A stretch of 64,000 bases of DNA. Origin: Takakia lepidozioides. Its lineage: Eukaryota > Plantae > Bryophyta. The position numbers were made by a program, and so were the translations under genes. The notes beneath the pieces were generated by a model. That model made no database searches, was not told the origin of the DNA, and was given only the letters and a program-made list of their open reading frames with translations. This document shows, in pieces, positions 25,501-38,119 of the stretch. Positions within the stretch are counted from its first letter, which is position 1, and each line of letters opens with the position of its first letter. The stretch is taken from the NCBI GenBank assembly GCA_030704615.1, contig CM060734.1:16864001-16928000 (forward strand). Direction: 5' to 3'.

Positions 25501-26258
25501 CAAAAAACAAAGTTTATCTTAATCCATAGTCTTGATTAGCTTTTGTATGAGATAAGGTTTCTTTGTTTCACCATCAATGCTCCTAGTCGCCCACATCCCA
25601 AGCAACTATTGCAGGTTGCCTACCACCCAAAGAGATTATGATTGCTTCGGAGAGGTTATAAACCAGCTTCTAGATCCCACTTCAAACACAGAGAGACAGA
25701 TAAGAAACGAGGTAAAGAGCTGGAATGAAGGAAAGAAAGGTGGAAGGATGAGATTCCATGCGAGGCAAGTGTGGGACCCCTGGGATCCATATTGTTGGTG
25801 TATGGTAACAAGTAATTGTGGGACCCCTGGGGCCCACATTAGAAAGACGGGAAGAAGGTCATCTACACCTTGCCATTCCAAGATTCAAAGGAGCTAACCC
25901 TTCCAAAACCAATCGATCAGGATTTCTCACTATGGGTACTCACACAAATTTACTGACAAATTTTAATCTGAGCACCTTTGAAATCAAATCAAAGCGAAAT
26001 CTCCTGAAAGAGAATGTGCAGCAAATCTAAGGTCACCTGTTCACAAAAGTATCTAGTAAACACTGCCAAGTAGAAAAGTCTGGCTTATTTCTGGGTACCT
26101 TCCCATCAAACCCATACGAACCATCTCAGCAGCATGCTAGTAGGATCCCCCAACCACCACCCACGCTACTGGTACATGTATGGTACAAACCAAAAACCCT
26201 GACTTGTTTCTATCTCCCCCTGTCTCTGTCATTGCAAAGGATAGTGTTTGGTACACGA

Positions 26259-26607
26259 TTATTGATACCAGTCCAAGGCACAAATTCTAACCCCTTCCTC
26301 AAACACACATACACCCCCCTCCCCCCCAATCCCCCAAACTCCCATCACTTCGAATTTGATACAGAAAGCCAAACTCTTAGGCCCATTGCCAGCCAGCTTC
26401 CGCACAACAGCCATGAACGCAGCATCCCCCGAAGAAGCAGCCAGTAGTCCTCCCATTGCTGCCTTTGCTGGACAAGAACCTCCCTCTCTTGTCCACTTTT
26501 TTACACTCATGCTGTCGCCGATGAGATTCTGCTTCAAAGCGTTGCTGCTGCCCCTCCAGAATGCCCTTGACCACGACTTTGATTGTCAGTGACTAAGTCT
26601 GCATTCC
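26259..26607 (-). CDS. Probable trihelix last exon (frame ambiguous or frameshifted)
   Basis: VVKGILEGQQQRFE in one frame and AASSGDAAFMAVVRKLAG in another. Candidate acceptors near 26608 and 26593. Confidence 0.45.
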
Positions 26608-26732
26608 CTGAAAAATGTCACCAGCACCAGCGTGCAAATGTCAAATGTGAGAGCAAGAGAAGCGACAGCAGTGGGGTGGCCAGCAGGTACAAGATTCTAG
26701 CAACTGTTTCTGAGCCTGAGTTTCCTCTTTAC

Positions 26733-27993
26733 CTTCTTTGAGCCTCCCCGATCGCAACTACTTCCATTCTCTGCAGTAGAGAAGAAATGCGCAGACACAC
26801 CATTGCCTGCGGATGCTCCAGCTGGTCCTCCATCTGGAAGCATTGCTAGAATTTCCCCCTCACCTTGCTCCTGCCCACTATCATCTCGATGGGAGCCTGC
26901 AACTTGGTGATCGAGCAACTCTTCTGACTGCTCATCCAGCTTGTTCAACTTGCTATTTGGTGTGCCCAAAACGCCTTTGCAGTAGAGGATGTCTAGTTGG
27001 TGGAAATAAGGACAGGTTTTTGCATTTTCTGGCCGCTTCTTGTTGCTCTCTTTTGTCTTCCTGAAGTATTTGTTGATATTCTCCCACTTTTCTTTACACC
27101 TTTTGGAGTTACGGTTGTAACCCAAGCAGGCCATTCCTGTACTCACCTCTTCCCATAGTGGGCCCTTAGGCCCTGCCTCTTGAAATCTTGTCTCCATGCC
27201 ACTGCGAAGACGTATCAAAGCATGCACCTCAGGTTTAGGCCACCTTTTACTGTTAGGATCAAAGGTGGCATCTTTCTCAGGCTCCTCCTGGTGCTGGTGG
27301 TGAGGAGTCTCAACAATTGTGACAAGAGGGGGAGGGGGGGGTATCTGAGGGAGCTGTAGGGTTTGTCCCGTCACCTTCTGCAAAAAGGCGACCAAAGCTG
27401 CATCCCTGGTTGCAGCAAGAGCATGTTCCTGGGCGCGCAGTTCATGCTCGCGGGTCAACCTTGCCATTTCCTGCCTTTTCCAAGCCTCCTCTCTCACCAA
27501 CCTATCCTGCTCCCGTCGCTCCATGGATTCAAGAAACTTCCGTTGCATGGCCTCCTGCTTATCTGTCAGCTTCTTGACCAGTGACTCAAAAAACATCAAC
27601 TTGGAGATTCCAGCCTTACCCTCCTTGCGTTTTCTCTTTTTCTGGTTTTCTTGGTTGTCTGCATCCACCCCAGGTTCATCGTAGTCATCCTCAGAAGAAT
27701 CTGATAGAGCACCACCTCCACTGTGGTCTGTCGTCCTCTGTACAGATGCATTACCATCAGCTACCCTGCTAACCCCACCATGTCCAGTTAACAAGAGGGG
27801 CACACTCCCATCTCCTTGTGCCGAACTGTTCTGGCCTCCATAAAGAGCTTCTAGTTGACTGAAGAAACGGTAGTTTTTGCCGTCTTGCCTTCCAGCCCTA
27901 CCATCCTTTGTTTTCTTGTAGTATTTGTGAACATTCTCGAATTTCTCCTTGCATTTCTTGGCACTCCTATGATAACCAAGCTCTGCAAGTTTC
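26733..27993 (-). CDS. GT-2/GTL1-type trihelix transcription factor, coding exon 2 (end of trihelix 1, coiled coil, trihelix 2)
   Basis: After cttgcag: KLAELGYHRSAKKCKEKFENVHKYYKK...YRFFSQLEALY, in frame with the 368-aa ORF. Also contains QRKFLESMERREQDR...EEAWKRQE and SKRWPKPEVHALI...KRCKEKWENINKYF...TCPYFHQLD. GT donor at 26732. Confidence 0.93.
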
Positions 27994-28492
27994 CTGCAAG
28001 GATCAATGGCTGACCCATTAGAGGAGACTCTAGAACCATAATTCTATCCACACCACATGTCACCTTAGTACAAACTTGAAGTTGTGTGTAAGGAGGAGCA
28101 AGACACACCCGTTCTTGGCTGTTGCCTATTTCAAGTCCAATTTGACCTCAGCCTTCAAGCTGGAGGCACCTGGAAGGGTTGAAGATGGAGAGCACTCAAG
28201 CTGAAGCTGGGGGATGTCAAAGTCTGCAGTCTCCGTTCCCACTATTTCTCTCAGGAGATTATCCAAAGACTGTCTCCTCATAATATTCCACACAAAAATT
28301 TGATTCTCTCAGCCATCTACAATCTACTAGGTCTCATTCAAAATCCAAACTAATGTCAAACCTTGAGTCCTATCCAGACGTTGATTGACTGTGGACTAAA
28401 AAACCCTGACCCTATCTTTCTGAACTAACCAGTATCCACTTCTATCTGCACACAAAATTGACATGTCTGGTTCAAAAGTCATGGTAAATTAC

Positions 28493-29103
28493 CGGGAGAC
28501 ATCTTCCCAAAGGGGACCCTTCAGGCCAGAATCCCGGAAGTTGGCATCCATTTCTGAACGGATCTTTATCAGCGCAAGTGTCTCCTGTCTCGGCCAACGG
28601 TTTCCACCTGCACTTCTCCCCTCATCCTCTATACCATCGTCATCTTGTGCTAGGGGATCTCTTCCCGGGAACGTGGATTTGTTATAATTATTTGGAGAAG
28701 GACGGCTAGTCACAGGCGAGGGAGCCTCTGGCGAGTCTGGTCCCCCCAAGCCTAGCTGCTGTACCATATTCTGTTGCTGATGCTGTAATTGCTGATGTTG
28801 CACTTGATGTTGTTGATGTTGCTGGTGCTGGTGCTGCGCATGGGAGGAGGGCTGCTGCTGTTGATGCTGACTATGCGAGGGGTGCGGCTGGTGTGCAGGG
28901 TGTTGGGGATGATGATGGTGATGCTGCTGCTGCTGATGGGGATGGTGGTGTTGGGGGTGCTGAGAGTGATGTCCAGGGTGGCCATGTCCGGACGAAGGGG
29001 AGAGCGACATCTCGTGGGAGAGAGTAAATATGTGGGCTGGGGGAGGCCTCCCCACCACAAACTGTGGAACTTCTGGAACCCCATACTGCCCTGCACTTTG
29101 CAT
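28493..29103 (-). CDS. GT-2/GTL1-type trihelix transcription factor, coding exon 1
   Basis: MQSAGQYG..., His/Gln-rich tract, GGNRWPRQETLALIKIRSEMDANFRDSGLKGPLWEDVSR. Phase-2 GT donor at 28492. Confidence 0.93.
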
Positions 29104-30118
29104 TTTCTTCTAACCTCTTTTCCTGCTCATCCACATTCGTCAATGTGAAATAACTCAAATTGCTAAGTAATCCATGCGACAGGCCAGAGATGAATACTAT
29201 AATGTATTTACAACTGCACAATGTACTACACACAAATAGTACAGATCAGCTGGCAAGTAGAAGGTAGGTGCATTCTAGTAAGAAGTCGTGTGACTGCAGT
29301 CCTGCCAGTGGCCGCAACAAAAAAGGGAGATTAAGGAGGAAGGAAAAGCAGAAAGAGAAGCCGCAAGTACGTTGCAGGGGCCAGAATATACAACTAGGAG
29401 AAGAAAAGACAGACACATACAAGCAGAAAGTTGAGAACTGCAGCATATGGGGACTTCGGAGAATCCCTAAAGCAAACTCCAATAGTAAACGGACAAGCGA
29501 AGAAAGGAGACAGACGCAAAAACGGAGATCCAGTGAAACGGAGTTAAAGCAAGGAGGAGACGACACGCTCAAAGCCAAGTACAACTTCACAATTCGGGAA
29601 GATGTGATTATAAGAACGGCAAGAAGGGAGGGGGCTGGGGAGGACAGAGCGACGATACGAAAAAAGTCTACAACAAAATCACACCAAGAAGATAGAAAAA
29701 GATAACAGAAACAGATTCGGGAGAAACAAGCAAATTTCTAACAGCAAACAAAAAAAAGTGAAAAACAGACGCAAGAGATCTCCCAAAGCCTGATTGAAAA
29801 ACCCAGTCGCAAAGACAGCGACACAAGAAACCCGGGTGCAGTCACGCGATAAGGCAGAGCCCTGACAAAGCTGGGCCAACGCTGAGATCATGCCACAGTT
29901 CGTGCGAGAAGGATTCTGCAACTGAATCCAGAAATTATCCGTAAAATGCGAGAAAGCTTAGAATAAAACACAGAAATCGGAGCAGCGTGTGAGCCTGAAG
30001 CATTCACTTCTGGAATCCAAGGGCCAAGAAGAACGCAGGCGGCAACGGGCTATCGTGGGTGAACGCCTTGCTTGTCACGACGGGCCGGCTCAGCCGGTGG
30101 CCTACCCGGGACCCATGT

Positions 30119-30246
30119 TAGCCACGTGGCTAGGTATAATTTGCGAAGGCTTCGAAAGTAAATCTGGCGTGGGCCGCCTTTTCAATGCCTCTCATTTTAA
30201 GATAATAGGGTCTTCAATGGGCACGTGCGATGTGGCCGATGGGCCC
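30119..30246. promoter_or_regulatory. Putative trihelix promoter elements (G-box/ABRE, site II-like)
   Basis: 14-bp palindrome TAGCCACGTGGCTA at 30119-30132, GCACGTGC at ~30221 and TGGGCC motifs. All lie upstream of the pyrimidine-rich 5' leader. Confidence 0.45.
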
Positions 30247-30623
30247 CGCGCACGGACGCTCGGCTCCCAGCACCCGCCCGCCTATAACGTCCTCTGCTTG
30301 TGATCCGTCACGATACGTTTAGCCCCTTCCTACTGCATCCCTCATGAGAGCCTTCACAAGTTTAGTTCGTTAAAGGAACCCATGGGTAACATGGGCGTGA
30401 AAATGGTGGAAGCGTATGCACATGGGGGCGTGTATTGCAAATTTCGTATCAGACGATGGGACTGTTTATGTGACCAAGTATAGCGGCTTGCATAAGTTGT
30501 GGAAAAGGGTGGAGAATCTGAAGAAACCCAGCTTTGTGATGGATCCACATGGTATTATATAACGGATGGCAGCACAAAAAAGCAATTCGAGTCGTCACGG
30601 AACACCATCCAGTCGTAAGGTCC

Positions 30624-30718
30624 TCAAACATCCACACGCACCTGCTGAATGCAGATGTCTGAGCTACGACGGGAGATATCTGAGACAATTGCATCTGCAA
30701 ATGCGCGTGGATGTTTGA
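30624..30718. repeat. Imperfect inverted repeat (hairpin) at the cargo/element junction
   Basis: tcaaacatccacacgcacctgc ... gcaaatgcgcgtggatgtttga. Confidence 0.7.
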
Positions 30719-31200
30719 AGTCTGTTATGTCGCAAGTCTGTTCACAGTGGGTCCGCTAGCCCGTCAATGCTCCGGATATTCCCCTTATCGCGTGCATAAC
30801 AGTCAGTTTGGAGGCCGTCTGCTGGAAGTCCGTCTGTTGGGATATCAGTCTGTTGCACTTGTGAATTTGTCAGTCTGTTGTGTCGGAAGTCTGTTGCACT
30901 AAGTCTGTTTGACTTCTTATTTTCCCTCCAGTCAGTCTTTTGGCTTGTTCTCCCGCCAGTCTGGCGAAACGTCCGTCTGCTGGACAGTTCTCCTCTATGG
31001 ATATCAGTCTGTTGGACTGTGCATGCATCAGTCTGTTGTGCCGCGAGTCTGTTCGCAATGGGTGTATTCGACTTTCCTGTTCTCCCCTTACTCTCTTTTC
31101 TCTTCATTCCGCTGGCAGGGAAGTGCCTCCAATATGAAGCCGCTTCGCCTCAACAAAGCGAATAGTCCGCTGGACTGGCGGTCCGCTGGACTCTCGGCCC
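30719..31200 (+). repeat. Dense (A)GTCTG/GTCCGCTG short-motif array
   Basis: cagtctgttg-type motifs recur every ~15-25 bp. The same motif fills introns at 32630-32900, 34840-35060 and 35460-35650. Confidence 0.8.
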
Positions 31201-31665
31201 GATGGGAAATGAGTCTGCTGCACTTGCGAGGAGCGTGGATGAATTTAGTACGATGCGTTCGTTCGGTGAACGTATTCAATGCGATGACGGCGGATAGTTG
31301 GCGCCTGTGAAATCGCGCCACGTTGGCAGTGTCATGCCCGCTTTCCCCCTTCTACTTCTACTTTCTCCATTCTCATCGCGCCTGTTTTTTCGCACAGTTT
31401 TGCACTACTTTGTTTTTCTCTTTGCGTTTCCATCACCGTAACGAAAGACGACCGTTCTTCCCCAGGTATGGAGAGCCGCGAAGCGTCGCAAACACGCTCG
31501 CCTTCGTAACAACTCGAAGTTCATCGGCTCGGTGAGGTTCTCACTTGCTGCGGTGTTTCCATTCCATTCTGTGTCCTCTTCTTGCTTAGGGTGAGTCTTT
31601 TCATAGGACTTCTATCTGTCGCTCTGTCGCTCATTGTCCTTACACCTTCGTTTCATTCTGCAGCG

Positions 31666-34600
31666 ATGGAGGATGCTTGTGAAAAAGGTGGAGCGGACTG
31701 GTTGGATTTTGTGCACCAAACCAGACTGAAGAAAGAGCGAAGGTACTGGTACTCACCAGACGAGTTTGATCATAAAATAGTGGAAGCATTTGTAGACCTC
31801 CGCGCCCGGAAGCCCAAAAACTCGAATTGGCAGAAGGACAAGCTCTTCTGTCCCTTCTGTGAAGAGGTAATCAAGGACAAAATCCAACTAAATCGGCATT
31901 GTGTTGACACGGGTTGCAAGGAGACTGTTGCAATGATTCCACGGGATTTCAAGCCTTGGCCGATACTGAAAGACATGTCGATTGTCAAAGAGGCCACAAT
32001 GCGCTTGCGCGGATCAGTGCTTGACCCCCGCACTTTGGAATTAGACGAAGTGCGCGCATGGTATGGCGTCCATTGTGGTGGCCCGTCAATGGAGGATTTG
32101 CAAGTGCAGGGAACGCCGGACGCTCCCAGAAAACTTAAACTGAGTGATGGGGCCCAAAAAAAGGAGAGGCAAAAAAAGGAGAACGCTGCAAGGTCTGCTC
32201 GCGAGGCAAGGGCAAAATCCACGCAACAGACTAAACCCCGTCCTGGGCGGTAGACCCACACCATCAGTACTGATACTGAAAGTGAATCTGCTCAGGGCCT
32301 GGAATGGGTGACAAGTCCAGTGGACATTGACTTGCCTGACCAGACTCGGCAGCAGACTCACACAAATATCGCGACCCATGCCATCGGTTTAGGGTCAAAA
32401 CCAAAAACTCAACAAAGCATTGAAGGGCCAGTCTGCCCTGGCACATTGCACCTCGTTGACTTTGGGCTTTTCCCACCAGAGTGCCCACCAATTGGGGATC
32501 CAGACTTCTTCCGTTATTTCTACAGAGTTGCCCAGTCAGATCTGCTACGCACATTCATCCGACAGGCGGAACAGAACTGGTTGAACAGCTTTGAAGATGA
32601 AGATAACGATGATGAAGTAGAGGAGGTAATGGTCAGTCTGACCGCCCAGTCTGTTCTCTGTGCTGTTTGAGTCCATCATCGGGGTCACGTTGCCTATTCA
32701 GTCTGGTCAGTCCGCTGCATTCTCTCCTTAGTCCGCTAGCTCACTCCACTCGTCAGTTAGTCTGTTTTATATCGCTGCATTACTTACTGAGTCCGTTTGT
32801 CAGTCCGCTGGTCCAGTCCACTGGTATAGTCTACTAGTTGCCTCCACCCTACGTACGCACGTTACAGTCTGCTGGTCTGTAAGTCCAATCCGCTGCATGA
32901 GGTGAATATAGAGTCCACGTCCATGTTCCTGACGTCAAAGTTCTCTGTCGTGTACCAGGATGAACGTGTTTCTATTCGTAGGGCCATTCAGGCTTGGCGG
33001 ATACCTAGCATGATGCTCCTTTACAAGCGACTGCAGTGCGTGCGGAAGTGGACCGTGTGCGAGAGTACATATTATTGAAGTATCCTGGGTCATCTGCTGC
33101 TATAGCGGCATTACATATTCAAGACGCGTCGGGGGGGAATGCGTCTGGGACAGCCGAGTCTGCCATCCAGCAGACTCCCATTCAGCAGGCCATCATCCAG
33201 CAGACTCCCGTTCAGCAGCCTGTCATCCAGCAGACTCCAACGGAGCAGACTCCCAATGAGCAGCCTGTCATCTTGCAGACTCCTCTCCAGGAGCCCATCA
33301 TGCAGCCCATGCCAATGGGAAGTCCTGTCATCCAATAGACTGACCAGCAGACTGCTTTCTCTCACATAGCACGGCGCTTTTTGCAGTTTGGCGATCGCCA
33401 TCACCGGTAATTCGACCCGGAGCTGAAGACTTCCCCAGCTTAGGGTGGGAGAAATTAATCCCCATTTGGATTGGCATAATGAGCTCCACCGGATTGTTGC
33501 GGACCGCCGGTGGTCATTTGTACCATTTCATTATTCCATTGAGTTTTCTATTGAGGAAGCCAACCATGTTCTAGAAGCCGCCTCTGCTGTTGCCATTGAA
33601 GCCACAAGTGACCAAAATGCGCCACCTCTACTTGTGCAGCTGATTCTCATGGATGACCCACGGCCTGAAGACCTCAGATATATGCCTATGGCACATCCAA
33701 CCTTTGGGGTGCGAAGAAAGCACTTGTTCGGATTGACTGAATAGGACTTTGAGCGCATGGCAGCTTCCTTCCTACAACACAGATGGATGCAATTTGGCAA
33801 TTTCCGCTCATACAACAAGTTGATGAAGGATCTGCATAGTTTGAGGATGGACTTACTCCATGGAACAGACCATTCACAGAAGTTTGTGGTGGATGACGCA
33901 TTGCACTGGTTTGCATTGGTGATGGAGCGAGCAGTATTCGACATTGTTTTGCAGAATCCCAATGTCTTCAAAGTCATGTGGTGTGGGATCTCAACTGAAG
34001 ACCGCATCGGCGCCATTGCTCATCTCGATGGAGCATGCCTGTGCCGGCAAATCAAGGACATTGGCCTCGTCGGAAATCTCTTGGAAGGTAAAATGTTATG
34101 GGCAACTTTCGTGTTTCAGCTCAATTTCTTTTGCCAACTTTTTTACAAGTTCACATTTGCATAAACATGTGTTACAGGGCGAGTTGAGCAACAGATTGAA
34201 CATGCTGGCAGGCACACTGACAAGGAACCACATGCGGCGCAGACACCGTCTGGTATAGCACTGGATTACATGGAGTTTGCTCCCTTACCCCTTGGGCAGG
34301 TTGTGCCATTTCCTCTTTCAGCACTGTTGTTTATGTTTTAGCACATTGTGAAATTGGGCTAATTCGACATTTTGCTCGGTATCCTCACAGGATGTTCGTC
34401 CCTCCGTCGGCAGACTGTCTACTTCTGAGGACATGACATCTTCCGCCCATGCTGCAAACGTGGGATCAACAACCAAGAAAGGTGTGGGGGTGAGCATGCC
34501 CCCCGATGCGCGGGTCAGTTCTACGCATGCGACCCACGAAGCTGCAAAGACAGGTCCAGCAAGTGTAAACAAACGTGCTGACCAGCCTCTGTTGCGAAGT

Positions 34601-35845
34601 AGGGCGGCAGCGCTGCGTTTGTCTGCTCTATCCAGCCCGCCTACAGCTGTCCCTGCTTCCCAGGGGAGAGGCAAAGCCAAGAAGCGGACTGTCGTGGACC
34701 ATGCTGAGGAGGTCGAGGAGGGTCCGAGTACCAAGAGACCGGCGAAGAAAAAATTTGGCGTCTATATGAACAAGAACCGCAAGCTGGCCTTGGACATGGA
34801 CAAAGATGTGGGTCGTTTCCTGGAGCAGCACAGGTAAGTACTGTGCTCAGTCTCCTCGTCTGTCTTTGTCGTCAAGTGCTTTGCGCTCTGTTGTGGTCAG
34901 TCTGCACGCTGGTCAGTCTGCTGCTGGTTTCATCATTGTCTGTTGTGGTTAGTCTTGTCAGTCTGATGAATTGTTCAGCCTGTAGAGTGTTTGGTACCAT
35001 GTTGACGTCAGTCTGGTCAGTACATGAGGCTTCCCGAAGGATGGTCTGCTTTGTGCAGGATGGTCTGCTTTGTGCAGGATGGGTGCTCGGTTTGGCAAAG
35101 CACATGCTCTGCACGTGAAGGCGGGTAATTCCATGCTGATGTTTTTTGAAGGGGACCCACGGTTTGAATGCGGACTGTCGCCGGATGACATAAAGGCGGT
35201 CCAGAAGGTTGAGTCGGAGTGCACAGATAGGCTCCTGGAGCTGTGGTGTTGATTCTATGAGAAGTCGGTTGAGGTTGCGTTCACCAACACTATTGCTGTT
35301 CTTCCAACGTCAACGTGGACGGTGTTGAAGTCATTGGGGGTGGGGCAACATGAAAGCCTTCTGGAGGTCTTGAAAGGTTGCCTCAGCACTGAACGACTGG
35401 GCAAGGACTTGAAAGAGTGCGATTTCATTTTGGTGCCAATTGGGGATGAGTAAGAACTCTTCTGAGTCTGCTGAGACTGTCTGCTGAGACTGTCTCCTGA
35501 GTCATAGTCTGGTTTCGCAGTGTCGTCTTGACTCTGAGCGATTAAGTTGACCTCTGTATTTGTGCAGTGGACTGGGTTTGAAGATTGAGTCTGCTGAGTG
35601 CTGAGTCTGCTGAGTGATCGGTCTGCTGAGTGTCAGTCTGTTGAGTCTGGCCATCATGATTGTGCAATGACGCCATGTTGTTTGATACCATTGCAGGGGG
35701 CACTGGAGTGTTTGTATCATCGACCTCCGCAAGGGCTGTTACACTCACTTGAACTCTATCAGGGACTTGCATAAATATCCCTTTGTTCTAGGGTGGATTC
35801 GGAAGCTTCATGCGCAGTGCTTAGGGTACTCGATGGACTCACCAC
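31666..35845 (+). pseudogene. Multi-exon MULE accessory gene(s): N-terminal C2H2-like finger, C-terminal Ulp1/C48 peptidase, 3' truncated
   Basis: LFCPFCEEVIKDKIQLNRHC. Ulp1-like DFILVPIGDE / GHWSVCIIDLRKGCYTHLNS across a GT-AG intron (~35450-35696). In-frame stops, e.g. TAG at 32251 and TGA at ~35250. Could be two genes. Confidence 0.75.
33160..33340 (+). repeat. 15/30-bp repeat encoding IQQTP-like units
   Basis: Repeated atccagcagactccc. CAGCAGACT is the reverse complement of the intronic AGTCTGCTG motif. Confidence 0.8.
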
Positions 35846-37888
35846 CATTGCTCCCTCGTCTGTTTTCCTTATAGCACCTGACGATGTCCACCAAGCCCGT
35901 ATACATGCAAACTGTGTCTCTGCATCATCCAAGGTGGGAGCGCGCTTCCACGCAAGGCACATGGAACGGTGCTCCTCTCTGAAATCTGGCGCCACAAGCC
36001 TGGTTGTGTACTGCGAAAGGCTTTGCAAAAAATGGAACCCACAAGATCTCTCCTTGCCTTCCATGGGAACATTGGGGTCTTGCCCGTACACCCTTCGGAT
36101 GGCAGCCCAATTTGCTTGTGCGTTGTCCGCCATGAAACCACGGAAATTGGGAGGGGGCAATCCCGCCTTGGCCATCTGTTTGTTTATTCCCTGCCAAAGA
36201 AGCATCTCCGATTGTGTGTCCTCTCCTTTCATCTCACAAATAGCAATTGTCATTAGCATCCTGTAGTGGGTGTCGTAGACATGTGCACCCATTGTCACCC
36301 ACTGGTGATTTGTAATTCGCTTGATATGGTCGAACATGACCCAACTGTTTGACAAGTCCCCACTCGTCATCCTGTCGACCAGTTCGACGCCGCTGCCAGG
36401 TCCACACGTGGACATTTTGAATACGAAACAACGATCTGCCTCAGTCCCTTGTCCTGGAAACCTACTTCCATGAATGTAGTCATATCCACATCGTCGCTTC
36501 ACCTCCAGAATGGAGTGCATATCCGAGCCACGCCCAATTTTCTGTTTGCATGAGACAATGTGGTTTTGGACATTCGGTGAACATACGTGGGACACCGACT
36601 CCAGCAATGCCTCCATTTCCTTCTCATCAAGAGGAACTCTATTGGAGCTGTCTTCCGACATAATTCTGGCCAATGCCATCTTATGGGCGGCTTGGAGCTG
36701 TATCTGTTTGGGTTTGGCACCCGGTCTCAACTTAACCTCCTCCTGAACGAGCTGCTCTGCTTCGTGGGCAGCCTCCCGCGAGTTCCCCCTCGCCAATTTG
36801 TGACAATGGGAACCAACGTGTATGCAAGCTCGGGTGAGGTCAGGGAAACGGTGCAACACATAGAACTGCTTGGCATTACAAACAGACATGCAGTGTGGTG
36901 GTTCTTTGCAATGCGCACACTTAAATGTGGAGTTCGGAACCTTCTCCTGAGCTCGAAATGGTTGATGAGCTGTGCCTGTCCAATCGGTCTCGTTCCTGTG
37001 ACCTCTGGATTTAAAGTGGAAGCAAGTTGGGGAGAAACACCGCAACGCGCCCACACAAACAACGTAGCGCACCCGCACACCATCGAGCATCTTCATGCTG
37101 GTGGTTTTGGTAACGCACCAAGGATGACCGTCATGTTTTCTATCCATATCTGTCAACATTCCGGACGCCCTCGAGTAGTCCGCCCGAGGAAGGAACTCAA
37201 AGAAGATATTACCGTCGACGTCGGCGGGAAGGCATGTAACCGATTTAATTGCGAACTTGCTGTAGTCCAGCCCGGCCAGCTCCGACCGGTGTCCCTCCAG
37301 GTGAAGCCCTCGCAGAATTTCAAGAATAGATCGAACTGCGGTGCTCGTGCTGGGAATATGACTCCCTCCTCCACTGACGTCCATTGAGGACTTGCCTGAT
37401 CTCCAGGACGACCTCGGAACTTCCATGACCCCGTCTGAGTCGGACAGGTTGTGAACAACCCGGTTCTCGCTCGTCTTCATGGATGAGTTCGGCTTTGGAT
37501 TTACTTCGTTGCGGACTTCTCTCTTTGAGGTAACCACTCTCTGATTCGCGGATTGTTTCGTGGAAGGCACCAGGATAGAAGGTGCATTTGGCGGGCAAAT
37601 GAAGTCCCCAACAGCCCTGTATATGACGCTGTCCGATGGTGGAACTCGCCATTCCCTGCCATCGCCGAAATCATCGTGGAGCACAACAATACTCTCGACA
37701 ACAACGTCGTTTGAGTCCTTCCTTTCCTCCTCCAAAAAAACCGACCCCGGTTTCAGGTGGTATCGAACGCACAGATATTTCTCCATCACCCGGCAGATGT
37801 CCCCTCTGCACAGAAATGAAGCTCTATGCTCGTGAGGAGGGCAGTACACTGTAGCGCTCGGGTTTTCCACCATGGGAGATGTGCACAC
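35846..37888 (-). CDS. Mutator-like DDE transposase with GCM/WRKY-like Zn domain, 3' truncated
   Basis: CVGALRC...C...CAHC...C...HVGSHCH Zn module, followed by MULE core WVMFDH...FMADNAQANWAAIRRVY...CGFHFLQS (D..D..CxxH). The C-terminal E region is absent. The true start is uncertain, with an AG acceptor near 37807. Confidence 0.85.
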
Positions 37889-38119
37889 AAGACTGCCAGG
37901 ATGGCGTGCGGGGAAGCTCCCTGGTAGAAGGGGGATGCAGCGATGGGAAGGAATGCGGTGCCGATTTGTCCGAGCGACGAAGCCTGATCCAAATCCAGGG
38001 AGCCAACTATCTCAAAAATCCAGAGTCAGAGTGTTAATGAACCTTGTCTCCGGAATGCGGCCCTTGGTCTTTGCGCAATAACTGCCAACGGTATGCAGTC
38101 AGAAAGTGGGGGGCCGTCC

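Noticed and set aside
28755-28985. Independent microsatellite
   Set aside because: It is the coding His/Gln tract of the trihelix protein.
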